Origin: Phoronis australis
Taxonomy: Eukaryota > Animalia > Phoronida
Assembly (NCBI GenBank): GCA_002633005.1
Contig: NMRA01000003.1
Coordinates: forward strand, 1,210,031 to 1,274,030
Direction of reading: 5' to 3'
Length of the DNA stretch: 64,000 nt
A program made the position numbers and the translations under genes. Positions within the stretch are counted from its first letter, which is position 1, and the number at the start of each line of letters is the position of its first letter. Below the pieces are notes generated by a model. That model searched no databases. It had not been told where the DNA came from and saw only the letters and a program-made list of their open reading frames with translations. This document shows positions 63,531 to 64,000 of the stretch, one piece after another.

Positions 63531-64000
63531 CAGAAAGAGGAAGATAGTAGTTCCCAATTCTCCCTCCCCATAATCATGTTTGGAGTATTTATGTAGATAT
63601 GACTAGCACAGTATGTGATTTTTGATCAATTATGAGTGACATGCAAGTTTGGTGTTATAGTTTGAACTGAGAAATAAATTGTTTCAGGAATGTCTTTTCT
63701 TTAAGCTGTAACATATGCAAGGAACATTTGTTCTAAAGTGGAAACGACCAGTTTGTTGTGTGTTGCAACTGAAAAAATGGGAAATGTTCCGGGCTTGGGT
63801 GTAGTTTTTTACTCAAATCTAGGGGTCATAAAGTGCGAACGTGGACTACCATTCCCTGTGTGGAAAATGTCAAAAATAATTTTGTGTCTTATTTAGCAGC
63901 AGGTATGTGTATAAGACAGAAAATTTTGCACATTTGCTCAAGTGCGCACAACAAATTTCAGACTTGCTCAAGTCTTCACCTTTAATGAATCAGACCCCTA

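Overview
Eukaryotic (bilaterian invertebrate, probably lophotrochozoan) genomic DNA with spliced genes and many transposon relics. Genes I can assemble exon by exon: RPSA/uS2 (+, 5492-11960), a two-exon orphan gene with ciliary-type hallmarks (-, 25868-23138), an SLC10 Na+/bile-acid-type transporter with a signal peptide and long N-terminus (-, 34100-30760), TMEM60 (+, 52044-52499) and ATP synthase subunit f (+, 57710-63530). There is also a decayed intronless kinase-like gene (-, about 15260-13368). RPSA introns host two paralogous H/ACA snoRNAs with identifiable 28S and 18S targets, a Kolobok-like THAP-transposase relic with an internal inversion, MITEs and a Helentron-type element. Highlights: (1) the best TCT/5'TOP promoter and first-exon candidate for RPSA lies inside a dispersed transposon-like repeat with two more copies in the window; (2) two Helentron-type elements carry periodic arrays of CTCF-like motifs; (3) the snoRNAs pair two targets that vertebrates split between different guides; (4) two LINE 3' ends are fused head-to-head. 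Four duplications centred on single Ns look like uncollapsed haplotypes. All calls were made by eye, with no database searches.
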